From Macrostomum hystrix (taxonomy: Eukaryota; Animalia; Platyhelminthes): DNA of 64,000 bases. Both the position numbers and the translations under genes were made by a program. The notes beneath the pieces are model-generated. The model had not been told where the DNA came from, did not search any database, and was given only the letters and a program-made list of their open reading frames with translations. The stretch is from NCBI GenBank assembly GCA_950097015.1, contig CATNEN010000001.1, positions 18,662,001 through 18,726,000 of the forward strand. Reading direction: 5' to 3'. Below are positions 63,601-64,000 of the stretch, piece after piece; the stretch's first letter is position 1, and each line of letters begins with the position of its first letter.

Positions 63601-64000
63601 GTTACACAACTCTGCTATTCAATACAGCTGTTAGATAAATGTGTTACACAAATCTGCTATTCAATACAGCTGTTAGATAAATGTGTTACACAACTCTGCT
63701 ATTCAATACAGCTGTTAGATAAAGGTGTTACACAACTCTGCTATTCAATACAGCTGTTAGATAAATGTCTTACACAACTATGCTATTCTGTACCGCTGTT
63801 AGATAATTGTGTTACACAACTCTGCTATTCTGTACGGCTGTTAGATAATTGTGTTACACAACTATGCTATTCTGTACCGCTGTTAGATAATTGTGTTACA
63901 CAACTCTGCTATTCTGTACGGCTGTTAGAAAATTGTGTTACACAACTCTGCTACTCAATACAGCTGTTAGATAAATGTTACACAACTCTACTATTCAATA
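60660..64000. repeat. 40/42-bp minisatellite, roughly 80 copies, runs off the window
   Basis: TTACACAACTCTGCTATTCA(A/G)TACAGCTGTTAGATAA(A/T)TG(TG); higher-order variant pattern present. Confidence 0.98.

Noticed and set aside
60660-64000. CRISPR array or telomeric repeat
   Set aside because: No spacers, and the unit is not a telomere motif; it is an ordinary minisatellite.

Overview
Eukaryotic (invertebrate animal) genomic DNA with GT-AG introns. The style is compatible with a lophotrochozoan such as a flatworm, but the species cannot be established from this window. Only one ordinary host gene is recognisable: a spliced myosin regulatory light chain (CDS 58725-59703, minus), followed by a >3 kb 40/42-bp minisatellite. 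The first ~57 kb is a mosaic of mobile DNA. It holds an apparently intact, spliced 781-aa KDZ (Kyakuja-Dileera-Zisupton) transposase, a PR-Set7/KMT5A-like SET methyltransferase, a Ulp1/SENP-like protease, and two paralogous, C-terminally truncated proteins that resemble tyrosine recombinases. It also holds a CACTA/EnSpm-like transposase fragment with an accessory gene, and nested insertions (mariner, Merlin, Helitron-like, gypsy gag, SINE) among many tandem repeats. Main observation: five separate genes (18.3, 30.3, 30.5, 38.8 and 52.0 kb) begin with the same unusual double C2H2 finger + helix module, fused to different C-terminal domains (short tail, recombinase-like x2, SET, SUMO protease). 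Shared non-coding modules are interleaved with these genes. I infer a large composite DNA element family that carries its own targeted chromatin-modifying toolkit. All domain calls come from motif recognition by eye; no searches were run. Several single-base lesions could be real decay or long-read consensus errors.
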